Counted from the stretch's first letter, positions 40,000 through 49,708 are shown. The stretch: 64,000 nucleotides of DNA from Clostridia bacterium (GCA_017937285.1 JAGBDU010000021.1:15987-79986); one strand, 5' to 3'. Numbers and translations: made by a program. The notes: generated by a model from the letters alone, not told the origin.

Positions 40000-40000
40000 A

Positions 40001-42598
40001 TTGTTAAATCAAATAAAAGTAAAGCCAAACTATAATAGCTATTATGATAATGTAGTCGATGATTTTTATGGAAATGTTTTAAATGAAAGTATTAGCTATG
40101 ATAGAGCATCTGCTTACTTTTCGGCAAAGGCATTAGCTAATATATCTCATAAAATTGATATTTTTTATAAAAATGGTGGGAAAATTCGATTGGTTATATC
40201 GAGTGAAATTACTTCAGATGAATACGAAATTATAAAAAATGGCTATGAAGCTAAAAAATCAATATATAATAGAATTGTTGATGAATTCGATAATGACACA
40301 TTAAATGAAATAGATGAAATAAATTTATCAAATTTAGCATATTTAATTGAAAAAGGCTTGGTAGATATAAAAATAGCATTTAAACCAGAAGGAATTTTTC
40401 ATGATAAATTTGGAATTATTGAAGATTTAGATGGAAATAAATTATATTTTAGAGGATCGAACAATGAAACAATTGCGGCAATAGAAAAAAATTATGAATC
40501 TTTTGATGTGACATGTTCTTGGTTAGCTAGTACATTTGAGATAGAAAAGATAAATATTGCTCGAATGCAATTTGAAGATTTATGGAATAATAATGTTGAG
40601 AATTTATATGTAATGGATATACCAGATATAATAAAGAATAAAATATTTTCGTATAGTAAAGGTAATATCATTACAACAAATAAATTAGATAAACTTAGTA
40701 TAAAATTCGATTTCGATGAAGATGAAAGCATATTTTATGCAAAATTGGGTGAAAATGTTGTTTTTAATATTAAAAATTATATATATAAGATGGATATAGC
40801 TTGGTTAGTAAATAAAATAGAATCTAATAAAATTATATTTAAAGAAGGAATTTCATATATAAAGTATAAGGAAATAATTGCTAAGTTTAAAGAATATTCT
40901 AAATTAGAGCGTGAAAAAGGAAATACAACTTTTATTTATGTTGAAAAACATTTAAATGAATATATTAGAAAAAAAGACTTTAAAATTAATGAAAGATGTG
41001 AATTAGGAAAATGTATTAAAGAAGAAAATAGAATTGAAAATGAGATAATTAAGTCTAGTTTTGATGAATTTTGTAAAATATTAGATGACAATATGGAAAG
41101 AAAGCTAAAACCAAAACAGTTATGGAATGCGTTTCATATTGTTAAAATGAAAAAGAGTGCTAATTTTTCAGTTCCAGGAGCAGGAAAAACAACTATCGTA
41201 TATGGAGCATATGCATATTTAAATAAAAAAAATTTAGTTGATAAGCTTATAGTTATTGGACCTAAAAGTTCATTTGCTTCATGGAAAAATGAGTTCGTAT
41301 TAAATTTTGGAGATAAAAAAGAATTAAAAGTTTGTGATATTCAATCAGTTTCTAAAAATGAGTTTATTGAGAATGCTGTTAATGCTAATCTAATTTTAAT
41401 TAATTATGAAGCATTACCAGGTTGGTATAGTGAAATAAAGTATATTTTAAAAGATAGTTCAATGTTGGTGTTTGATGAAGTTCATAAAATTAAAGGTATT
41501 GATAAAATAAGAGCTAAAATTGCAATTGACATATCACAAAAATCAAATTATAAAGTAGTATTAAGTGGAACTCCAATTCCAAATGGTTATGAAGATATTT
41601 ATAATATGTTAAATATTTTGTATATGGATGAATATAATGATTTTTTTGGGTTTACACCAAGGGAATTGAAAAATTGTAGAAATTCTAAAGAAGATGTTAT
41701 TAATGATAAAATATATCCATTTTTTTGTAGAACTACAAAAAGAGAGTTAAATGTACCAGAAGCTGAACCAGATAATATAATATATAGTCAAACTACTGAT
41801 GATGAGAAAATGTTATTTAAAGCTTTAAAACAAAAATATAAATCTAATCCATTTACTTATTATATTAGAATGATGCAGGCAATGACAAATCCAAAATTAT
41901 TGCTTTCTGATTTAGATAATAATGAAGTAAATAGTTTGTTTATAGATGATTCAGATGAAAGTTATTTTGAACAGGATATTACGATTGAAAATGTGGAAGA
42001 TAAATCTAAGCTAACAGATGAATATATAATTTCTTTAATTAATAAAATAAACCATACCGATAAATTTAAAAAAGGGTTAAGATGTATAATAGATTTAATT
42101 AAACAAGGAAAGAAAGTATTGGTATGGGGGATTTTTACAAACACATTATATAAAATTAGGGAAGAATTAATTTCTAATAATTATAATGCTGAAGTAATAT
42201 GTGGAAATGTTATTGATTTGAAAGAAAGAGAGAATATTATAGATAAATTTAGAAATGGGGAAATTGATGTTTTGATTGCTAATCCAAATACGCTTGCAGA
42301 ATCAGTTTCATTACATTCTATTTGTCATGATGCTGTATATATGGAATATAGTTTTAATTATACGCATATGGCACAATCAAGAGATAGAATAAATAGATTA
42401 GGGTTAAAAGCTGAAGATTATACTAGATATTATTATTTGGTTTCAGAACCATCTAATGGAAATGATTCTGTTGATTTAATTATATATAACAGATTGCAAG
42501 AAAAACAAAGATTAATGTTTGATGCAATTGAAAATGGAGAATTAGTTTCTGTAAAAGAAAATATAACAGAAGATATATTAAAATTATTAAAAGATTAA
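40001..42598 (+). CDS. PLD(HKD) nuclease-like domain fused to SNF2-family helicase/translocase (gene C)
   Basis: HKD motif is GIFHDKFGIIEDLDGNKLYFRGSNNET. Helicase motifs are VPGAGKTT (I), LVFDEVHKIKG (II), LSGTPIPNG (III) and AQSRDRINRLG (VI). TTG start lies 1 nt after the gene B stop. Confidence 0.8.
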   Translation: MLNQIKVKPNYNSYYDNVVDDFYGNVLNESISYDRASAYFSAKALANISHKIDIFYKNGGKIRLVISSEITSDEYEIIKNGYEAKKSIYNRIVDEFDNDTLNEIDEINLSNLAYLIEKGLVDIKIAFKPEGIFHDKFGIIEDLDGNKLYFRGSNNETIAAIEKNYESFDVTCSWLASTFEIEKINIARMQFEDLWNNNVENLYVMDIPDIIKNKIFSYSKGNIITTNKLDKLSIKFDFDEDESIFYAKLGENVVFNIKNYIYKMDIAWLVNKIESNKIIFKEGISYIKYKEIIAKFKEYSKLEREKGNTTFIYVEKHLNEYIRKKDFKINERCELGKCIKEENRIENEIIKSSFDEFCKILDDNMERKLKPKQLWNAFHIVKMKKSANFSVPGAGKTTIVYGAYAYLNKKNLVDKLIVIGPKSSFASWKNEFVLNFGDKKELKVCDIQSVSKNEFIENAVNANLILINYEALPGWYSEIKYILKDSSMLVFDEVHKIKGIDKIRAKIAIDISQKSNYKVVLSGTPIPNGYEDIYNMLNILYMDEYNDFFGFTPRELKNCRNSKEDVINDKIYPFFCRTTKRELNVPEAEPDNIIYSQTTDDEKMLFKALKQKYKSNPFTYYIRMMQAMTNPKLLLSDLDNNEVNSLFIDDSDESYFEQDITIENVEDKSKLTDEYIISLINKINHTDKFKKGLRCIIDLIKQGKKVLVWGIFTNTLYKIREELISNNYNAEVICGNVIDLKERENIIDKFRNGEIDVLIANPNTLAESVSLHSICHDAVYMEYSFNYTHMAQSRDRINRLGLKAEDYTRYYYLVSEPSNGNDSVDLIIYNRLQEKQRLMFDAIENGELVSVKENITEDILKLLKD

Positions 42599-42608
42599 GC
42601 CAAAAAGC

Positions 42609-42637
42609 TTGATCTTTTTTTTAAAATATTTTATAAT
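42609..42637 (+). promoter_or_regulatory. methyltransferase promoter with GATC inside the -35 hexamer
   Basis: TTGATC (42609-42614), 17-nt spacer, TATAAT (42632-42637). A second GATC lies at 42651-42654. Confidence 0.5.
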
Positions 42638-42707
42638 AAATTTGCAAAAGGATCTTTACAAAATGGAGAAAAAATTATATAATGCAAGAATAGAAAGGAT
42701 GAGCAAA

Positions 42708-43911
42708 ATGGATAAAACAGTTTGTGAATTATTTGCAGGAGTTGGAGGATTTAGAATTGGTCTTGAAAGAGCAGATCCTAATTGGAATACAGTTTGGGCA
42801 AATCAATGGGAACCAGGTAAAAAAAGTCAACATGCATTTGATTGTTATGTATCACACTTTGGAAAAAATGAAAATTATATAAATGAAGATATAGCAAGTA
42901 TAGATAAAAATAATATACCAAATCATAATTTATTAGTAGGAGGCTTTCCTTGTCAAGATTATTCAGTAGCTAGAACTGGAGCAAAAGGAATGGAAGGAAA
43001 AAAAGGTGTACTTTGGTGGCAAATAAGAGATATATTGGAAACGAAAGCACCTAAGTTTGTTCTTCTTGAAAATGTAGATAGATTATTGAAATCGCCAGCT
43101 AGTCAAAGAGGTAGGGACTTTGGAGTAATTTTAGCTTGTTTTAATGATTTAGGATATACAGTTGAATGGAGAGTTATAAATGCTGCTGAGTATGGATTTG
43201 CTCAAAGAAGAAGAAGAACATTTATATTTGCTTGTAAAAATACCACAAATTATTATCATGATATTGAAGGAGAAAAGCTAGAGAATATCATTCATAAAAA
43301 TCGGTTTTTTTATTAAACAATTTGAGATAGGAAGTAATATTGATGGTAAAGAATATGAATTTAAATATGATGATGTATATGATGTATCAGAACACTTTAA
43401 ATTAGACTTTAAAAATGCTGGTGTGATGCGAAATGGAAAGATTTATACTGAAGATGTGAATCCTGTAGAAGTTAAATATACATCATTAAACAAGATTGTA
43501 GAAAAAGATGGAGTGGAAGACAAATATTATCTAGGTGATAATTTAGAAAAATGGAATTACTTAAAAGGTGCAAAAGATATATTAAGAAAAGCAGGAACTC
43601 CACACGAATATCATTTTAGAGAAGGAGCAATAGCTTTTCCGGATTCATTAGAAAAACCAGCTAGAACCATGCTAACAAGTGAAGGTAGTTTAAATAGGAG
43701 TACACATGTTATAGAAGATCCTAAAAGTAAATGTTACAGGTTATTAACTCCTTTAGAAACAGAGAGAATAAATGGATTCCCAGACAATTGGACAAATACT
43801 GGAATGCCACAAAATTTTAGATATTTTTGTATGGGAAATGCATTAGTTGTTGGACTTATAGAAAAAATGGGTATACAATTAAATGAAATATTTGAAAAAG
43901 AAGGAAACTAG
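42708..43911 (+). pseudogene. M.Sau3AI-like DNA (cytosine-5) methyltransferase, reading frame broken once
   Basis: Motifs I (ELFAGVGGF), IV (GGFPCQDYS), VI (ENVDRLL) and VIII (QRRRRTFIF) are in frame 0 up to the TAA at 43314. TRD, IX and X (PARTMLTSEGSLNRSTH, TPLETERINGFPDNW, GNALVV) are in frame +1. The junction lies at cataaaaatcggtttttttatt (43293-43314). Confidence 0.85.
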
Positions 43912-45041
43912 ATTCCTTCTTTTTTTAAAGATATTTCTTTATCTGAATAATTATAAGATATAAAACTTAAATCGTTCCATGTTCTATTTTCTACGGGATG
44001 ACTTGAAATTATATATTTTCTTTCAACAATTGATTTACCATTTTTTAATAAGTCTTTAGAAAAACTAGGTGCAACAATATATGCTTCTACCATTTCATAA
44101 TTACCATAAGCATAATTTTTAACTACCCAATCTACATATTTACTTATTTGTTCTGCAACTTCTATAGTAGCTTCTTCATTTTTGTTTTCAATAATTAAAT
44201 ATTTAGAAACTATTTTAGTATCCGGTAAAAATCTATACCCAAAAACATCAATTTTATCTATATAATCTATTGGTTTAAAAGGAGATGCTTCGACTTGATG
44301 AGAAATATAATCCCAATTACCAAACACAGAATTCTTATTGTTAGCTAGTTCTAAAACTACAGCTGATTCTAAAGCCATTTCGTGTTTTATTTTATTATCT
44401 TGTGTAGTTGCAAAATCAAGTATTGGTTTATAGGATAATAAATAGTCTTTATTTTGAAATTTGTTTTCATTTCTTTCTTGAAAGTCTGAAGAATAAGTAT
44501 AAGTATTTGTATTATTCTGATTACGTAACAAAATAAATTCTTTTAAAGAATTGTTTTCTTCATCATTTATTTTGGTAAATGATTTTTTCCAAAAAGTTCG
44601 TAAGGTTTTAAATGTATCTGGTTTATATGAAAGAACATCATCCATATCTACCGGATTGCAATAAAATTCTGGAGAAGGTTTAAAAATACAAATCCAACGA
44701 TTATTAACATTTGATGGATTATCATTTAATATCATTTCTTTAGATATATTTTCATAATTTTCTTGGATTGGAGTGGATGCAGTTGGATAATTAACAAATT
44801 TACAATCATTGCCTTTGCAAATTAGCTCCCCAATACCATATATTTTTCTATTTGTGAAAAAATATATATTATCTCCAGTTTTCATACTACAATAATCAGC
44901 AAAGGTACCTTCAAATGGTATAAAATTCCTTGTAGTTTCAGTTATTGGACTCATATTTGTTGAATAGCAACCATTATATATACAATTTTTTTATATTTCT
45001 TGTGCATTATCTTTTCCCAATGAAAAAATATAACCTGCCAT
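43908..45041 (-). pseudogene. PUA/EVE-like N-domain plus PD-(D/E)xK-like C-domain protein with in-frame TAA at codon 17
   Basis: Strong RBS (GAAGGAGAG) and ATG at 45041, 3 nt after the REase stop. MAGYIFSLGKDNAQEI-stop(44991-44993)-KNCIYNGCYST...GDNIYFFTNRKIYGIGEL. The C-terminal IDVFGY...LIIENK resembles a nuclease core. The tabulated start at 44954 has no RBS. Confidence 0.5.
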
Positions 45042-45043
45042 AA

Positions 45044-46429
45044 TTACTCTCCTTCTATTTGTTGTTTTATATAACTTGCATTTAGCCAAAAACATTTTTT
45101 TATTGCTTGTTTACCATCCAATGTTGGATAAGTATCTTGAGCATTTCTAGCATGAGGTCTAACATGTAATATAGGACTCTCTGATATTCTTGGTAAATTA
45201 TCATATTCATTATTTCTTATTCTTTCAATAGTATCTTCCCAAACTCTTTTTATTTCGGTATTTAAATCTTTTTCTGGTACATTCCAGAACATAGCTTTCT
45301 TGAAAATTAAAGTGTCTTCATCCACATACTGATATATCATAAATAAATATTTAGTAGTTGAAAAAGTTTCATATAGTTCAGAATCTAACCATGTTTCTTT
45401 AACAATCTCAGTATATTTAAAAGTCGGAAAAGACATAGACTCTTTTGGCATACCATCAGGTCTTAATCTAATAGCTTTTATTTTTATGTTAGCTTTTTCA
45501 AATTCTTCAATTTTTTCATTTACTACTTCTAACATTCCTTTTGCTAGTAAATATGTAAAAGATTTATTAGTTACCTGATATGGAATATTAAATTTATGCT
45601 TTAAGAACTCTATATCTTGATTATAATAGGGTTCTAGTTTGCTAATAATATATTGTTCTAGAGTTTGTTCTTTTAAGATATTAGCATCTTTTATGACAGA
45701 CTCATATTCTTCAGTTTTATTTACAATATAGTGGTTTAGAATATAAGACATATAAGAATTTTTTAAACAAAAAGCTCTTTGCATTGCTTTTTCAGAACTA
45801 AAAGGTTGTTCTCTTAAAGAGTTTGCATTAGCACCCTTAGTACAAGCACCTAAATAGTTTGTATCACTTTCAGATATTTCTTCTGCCTTACCATTTTTTA
45901 TTTTATCAATAATTATTTTATAATCATTTTTTATTATTTCTAAATCTTCTTCTGGAAATTGAAATAGTTTAATGTAATTTATTAAATAATCTAATCTTTC
46001 TTTATTTGGTTCGTATAAATAATAAATTAAAAGCATTAAGGCACATTTTTCATATGCATGGCTTTTTAAAAAATCTTCTTCTTTATAATCTTTCATGTAG
46101 TTAATAATAGTAAGTACAAGTCTTTCTTTTGCTCTTAAGTCACCGTTAGATTTTATAGTATATGGAGTAACTTTTAATTCAACTCCAGCTTCATTAAAAT
46201 CTGCCTCAGAATTACTATTTATATCATAGAAGAAAAAATGTTTTTCTATTAATTGACCTAATGACCCTTTTGATTTAGGGTTATTATAGTATTCAAATAA
46301 TACAGCTCTATCTTCATCTGTAATATTAGGGTCATTTAATAAAACGTCTTTAAATGTTTTTTCTTTTAGATTAAGTGCGTATTGAACAATTGATTCTTTT
46401 GAACTTCTTATATAAGGTAAATTATCCAT
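45044..46429 (-). CDS. Sau3AI-family type II restriction endonuclease
   Basis: AGVELKVTPY, KERLVLTIINY, LGACTKGANANSLREQPFS and QRAFCLKNSYM closely follow my recollection of R.Sau3AI. ATG at 46429 sits behind AAGGAGA. The ORF is uninterrupted (461 aa). Confidence 0.8.
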   Translation of the reverse strand: MDNLPYIRSSKESIVQYALNLKEKTFKDVLLNDPNITDEDRAVLFEYYNNPKSKGSLGQLIEKHFFFYDINSNSEADFNEAGVELKVTPYTIKSNGDLRAKERLVLTIINYMKDYKEEDFLKSHAYEKCALMLLIYYLYEPNKERLDYLINYIKLFQFPEEDLEIIKNDYKIIIDKIKNGKAEEISESDTNYLGACTKGANANSLREQPFSSEKAMQRAFCLKNSYMSYILNHYIVNKTEEYESVIKDANILKEQTLEQYIISKLEPYYNQDIEFLKHKFNIPYQVTNKSFTYLLAKGMLEVVNEKIEEFEKANIKIKAIRLRPDGMPKESMSFPTFKYTEIVKETWLDSELYETFSTTKYLFMIYQYVDEDTLIFKKAMFWNVPEKDLNTEIKRVWEDTIERIRNNEYDNLPRISESPILHVRPHARNAQDTYPTLDGKQAIKKCFWLNASYIKQQIEGE

Positions 46430-46592
46430 AATATTCTCCTTCAAGATTATTATATAGAAATTTGTTGAAATGAGCAAGGTTATGTAGAAAATTTTTAAAA
46501 AATGTGATACAATAAGCTCAAATTAAATATATAGCACTAAAGAAAAAAGTAGGGAGTATATCTTTACTTTTTCTTTACTAAGGGGGCAATTT

Positions 46593-47510
46593 ATGGAAGA
46601 AACAATTGAATTTTATGGATTTAGAGGTAATATTATCTTTCCTAATCAAGTTACTTTATTTAGTTTGGGATTTGAAAATAATTCAAAAGATAAAAATCAA
46701 GTTTTTACAAATTTTTTTAAAGAATTAAAAGAAAATGGAAGAGTAGATTCAGAGTATCAAAAAAGAAGATATTATTTGATTTTTATTAATCAATATGACA
46801 CAATTATACATTGTCAGTTGGCAAGAGAAAGAATTTATGATAAATACGAAATGACTCGTGAGAAAATAATTGGAACAAAAGACCAAGATTATCCTTTTAT
46901 AAATGTCTTTGTAGAATTAAAAACACAGAAATTTTTAATAGAATCTAAAACAATAATTTTTGAAAATTATAATACATGTAGCGATGTTATACAAAATATA
47001 ATGAATAAATACTTAAAAAAGATAGATGCAACTATTGATATAAATCCAATTATAGAAGAACAGGAATTTTGGAGTTTTTTTATAGAAGATAATGAAGTGA
47101 AAAATTTAAATTTTAATTTAGCAGTTCCTAATTTATTTGATGCAAGTGATGATGCAACAAGCTTTTTAAATGATGCTAGAGATAATGTTGGAGCTAGCAA
47201 TGTTTCTTTAAATTTTTCTAATTCAGAAGGAAGATTGAAGCCAAATAAAGAAGGAATAGAGTCTTTTGTAAAATATACAAGTGCCGGTGGAGGAACTTGG
47301 CGTTTGAACTATAAAGATAAAAACGGAGAGACAAAATCTGCTAATAGTAAGCAGAAAAGTAAAAAGATTAGCATAAAGTTTTTTAGAGAAGAAATAAATA
47401 ACTTATTAGATGAGAAAAAAGTTGAAACAATAAAATATGAAATGAGAAAAATAGAAACCATAGAAAAATTTAAGGAGGAATTGGATGAAAAAGAAGATAA
47501 CAATAATTAG
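46593..47510 (+). CDS. hypothetical protein (305 aa), first gene of a two-gene module
   Basis: ORF behind a GGGGG RBS. No catalytic motif is recognised. Its 3' end overlaps the next gene by 26 nt. Confidence 0.5.
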   Translation: MEETIEFYGFRGNIIFPNQVTLFSLGFENNSKDKNQVFTNFFKELKENGRVDSEYQKRRYYLIFINQYDTIIHCQLARERIYDKYEMTREKIIGTKDQDYPFINVFVELKTQKFLIESKTIIFENYNTCSDVIQNIMNKYLKKIDATIDINPIIEEQEFWSFFIEDNEVKNLNFNLAVPNLFDASDDATSFLNDARDNVGASNVSLNFSNSEGRLKPNKEGIESFVKYTSAGGGTWRLNYKDKNGETKSANSKQKSKKISIKFFREEINNLLDEKKVETIKYEMRKIETIEKFKEELDEKEDNNN

Positions 47511-47967
47511 TTTAATTACAATTTTAAGTTTTTTTGTGGGAACTACAAGAGAATCATTTATAATAAATGTTGAAGTGTTAGCACCTTTCCTGTTCACGTT
47601 GCTTGGATTATGTTTAACAGCATATACATTTATATATGCTCCAATTTCAGAAATATTAAAAAAAGATAGTATGAAAAACGATGAATCAAAGCAACGATTG
47701 CAAAAATTATTAGGAAGTTTTGAAGAGGATATGATGTTAATTTTCTTTATGACAATTATAATAATTATTCTTGATTTTATGAAACATGTTGATATTCCAT
47801 TCTTTAAAAATGCATTAAATTTAGATTTAGGAATAGTAAAGATAGGTTCTTTAAAAGAATATGTTTTTAATTTTATTATATCTATGAGTGCATGCTTTTC
47901 TTTCTATGCACTATATGATTTAATGCGAGCAACATTTAAAATATTAAGAAAAAGTTTTGATAAATAA
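47485..47967 (+). CDS. small multi-TM membrane protein (160 aa)
   Basis: ATG sits behind AAGGAGG inside the end of the upstream gene. There are four hydrophobic segments (IISLITILSFFVG, LAPFLFTLLGLCLTAYTFIY, MLIFFMTIIIIILDF, FNFIISMSACFSFYALY). Confidence 0.55.
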   Translation: MKKKITIISLITILSFFVGTTRESFIINVEVLAPFLFTLLGLCLTAYTFIYAPISEILKKDSMKNDESKQRLQKLLGSFEEDMMLIFFMTIIIIILDFMKHVDIPFFKNALNLDLGIVKIGSLKEYVFNFIISMSACFSFYALYDLMRATFKILRKSFDK

Positions 47968-48028
47968 ATTGAATATAGAAAAATTGTGATTTTAAAAAAA
48001 AATATATATAAATAAGGAGGCGGAGTTT

Positions 48029-48373
48029 ATGGCAAAATATACAGATGATGATATTATAAATAAATCTAAAATAAGCTGTCAAATTGCAGGGGATTATCTA
48101 GGAATTTCAGCTAATGCTGTTTCTATTGGTATGAGAAATAATTTATTACCGATAGGTTTTGCAGTTCATAATGAAGAAAATGATAGGGGATTTTCAGAGA
48201 GTTGGTCATATTATATAGTTGCTGAAAGGTTGATTGCATATAAATATGGAAAAATATCTGAAGTTAGAGTTCAAAATATTGAGAAGAATTTGGAAACTAT
48301 CATAAAAGAATTTGAATCAATGAAAAATGAATTACTTTTTATATTAAGCGAAAACGCAGAACAAGAGAACTAG
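48029..48373 (+). CDS. hypothetical small protein (possible HTH)
   Basis: 114-aa ORF behind AAGGAGG. ISCQIAGDYLGISANAVSIGMRNN is HTH-like. Confidence 0.45.
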   Translation: MAKYTDDDIINKSKISCQIAGDYLGISANAVSIGMRNNLLPIGFAVHNEENDRGFSESWSYYIVAERLIAYKYGKISEVRVQNIEKNLETIIKEFESMKNELLFILSENAEQEN

Positions 48374-48448
48374 AACTATATGAGTATGCGTTTTCGCTAG
48401 GAAAGTATGAAAATAAAGAAAAGAAATTTGAAGGAAAGGAAGATTTTT

Positions 48449-49708
48449 ATGGATAGTTTATCTATAAAATTTGAACGAAAAAAACTTTATGATGAAATTT
48501 GGGATATTTCATTAACAGGTGTTTCTAAAAAATATGGACTAAATTATACAAAATTGGTACAAGCTTGCAAAGAAAATAATATTCCATATCCATCTTCGGC
48601 ATATTGGACTAAGAAGAATATGGGATTGGATTTTTCAACTGAAATTGTTGAATTGACAGAATCAGAAGAAAAAGAAATTGAAATTCCATTAAAAAATACT
48701 GGAGTATTGATTGATGAAAAAGTTAGTAATAAAGACAAATTTATTCAAGAATTTAATTTTCTAAATTTTCTAGAAGAAGGTGAAAAAAAGAAGGTAGCTG
48801 AAGTTATTTATGACCTAAGTGTAGATAAATATAAGAGAAATCATAAAGTAATTATTGAATATAAAAATAAGAAAAAAGAAGAACGAAGAGAAGAAAGAAA
48901 AGCTAACTATTTTAATCCTTATTATAATGTTCATGATTATGTAGAAAAGGGATATTTTTCTAATATATCAAAACTACAAAAAGATAGATGTATGAAGATA
49001 TTAAGTGCGATTTACTTTGCAATAGAAGAACTAGGAGGAAAAGTAAACAACGATTTTTCACTACAAGTTCGTGAAGAACGTATTACAGTTGAAATAGAAG
49101 AATTACAAGATAAAGTAATGCATGAATTAACTAAAGAAGAGGCAAAAAAGCTATTAGAATATGAGGAATCCCAAAAGAGACATACATTTGGATATAAGCC
49201 TAATATAAGGAAGTATGATTATGTTTATAATGGTAAATTAAAAATAACTTGTGGTAACAGAAAATACATAAGAGAGAATGATAAAATAAGATTGGAAGAT
49301 AAACTAGGAGATATAATTATAAAATTATATGAACAATCTGAAGAAACGAAGAATGAAAGACTAGAAAGAGAAGAAATTGCGAGAAGACAAAGAGAAGAGG
49401 AAGAAAGAAAAGAAAAAATTAGAAATGCCAAAAAGAAAGAAGCACAAAAAATTAAAGAGTTGATAAATTGTGCAGAGGATTATAAAATAGCATGTGAGAT
49501 AAGAAATTATATTGATGCTGTTTCTAAAAAAGAAAACTTAACAGATGAAATAAAAGAATGGATTAATTGGGCTAATAAGAAAGCAAATTGGTTTGACCCT
49601 ACTATTGACGAAGAAGATGAACTTCTTGGAAAAAGAGACCATACAGAATCTATGGATAATAAAAATAATAAATTAGATAAATATGGTTCATATTATGATT
49701 GGTATTAG
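48449..49708 (+). CDS. hypothetical protein with N-terminal HTH-like domain and Glu/Lys/Arg-rich coiled coil
   Basis: LYDEIWDISLTGVSKKYGLNYTKLVQACKENNIPYPSSAYWTKK is a recurrent N-terminal module of uncharacterised bacterial proteins. ATG at 48449 sits behind AAGGAAAGGAAG. Confidence 0.5.
   Translation: MDSLSIKFERKKLYDEIWDISLTGVSKKYGLNYTKLVQACKENNIPYPSSAYWTKKNMGLDFSTEIVELTESEEKEIEIPLKNTGVLIDEKVSNKDKFIQEFNFLNFLEEGEKKKVAEVIYDLSVDKYKRNHKVIIEYKNKKKEERREERKANYFNPYYNVHDYVEKGYFSNISKLQKDRCMKILSAIYFAIEELGGKVNNDFSLQVREERITVEIEELQDKVMHELTKEEAKKLLEYEESQKRHTFGYKPNIRKYDYVYNGKLKITCGNRKYIRENDKIRLEDKLGDIIIKLYEQSEETKNERLEREEIARRQREEEERKEKIRNAKKKEAQKIKELINCAEDYKIACEIRNYIDAVSKKENLTDEIKEWINWANKKANWFDPTIDEEDELLGKRDHTESMDNKNNKLDKYGSYYDWY

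Noticed and set aside
36378-43911. Classifying the A-B-C operon plus methyltransferase as DISARM class 2, Dpd or BREX.
   Set aside because: SNF2, PLD, ParB-like and C5-MTase parts overlap those systems. DrmA/DrmB(DUF1998)/DrmE, DpdA/7-deazaguanine synthesis genes and PglZ/BrxC/PglX are all absent. The MTase has its own promoter and pairs with a Sau3AI-like REase. I therefore treat the operon as unassigned rather than as a known system.
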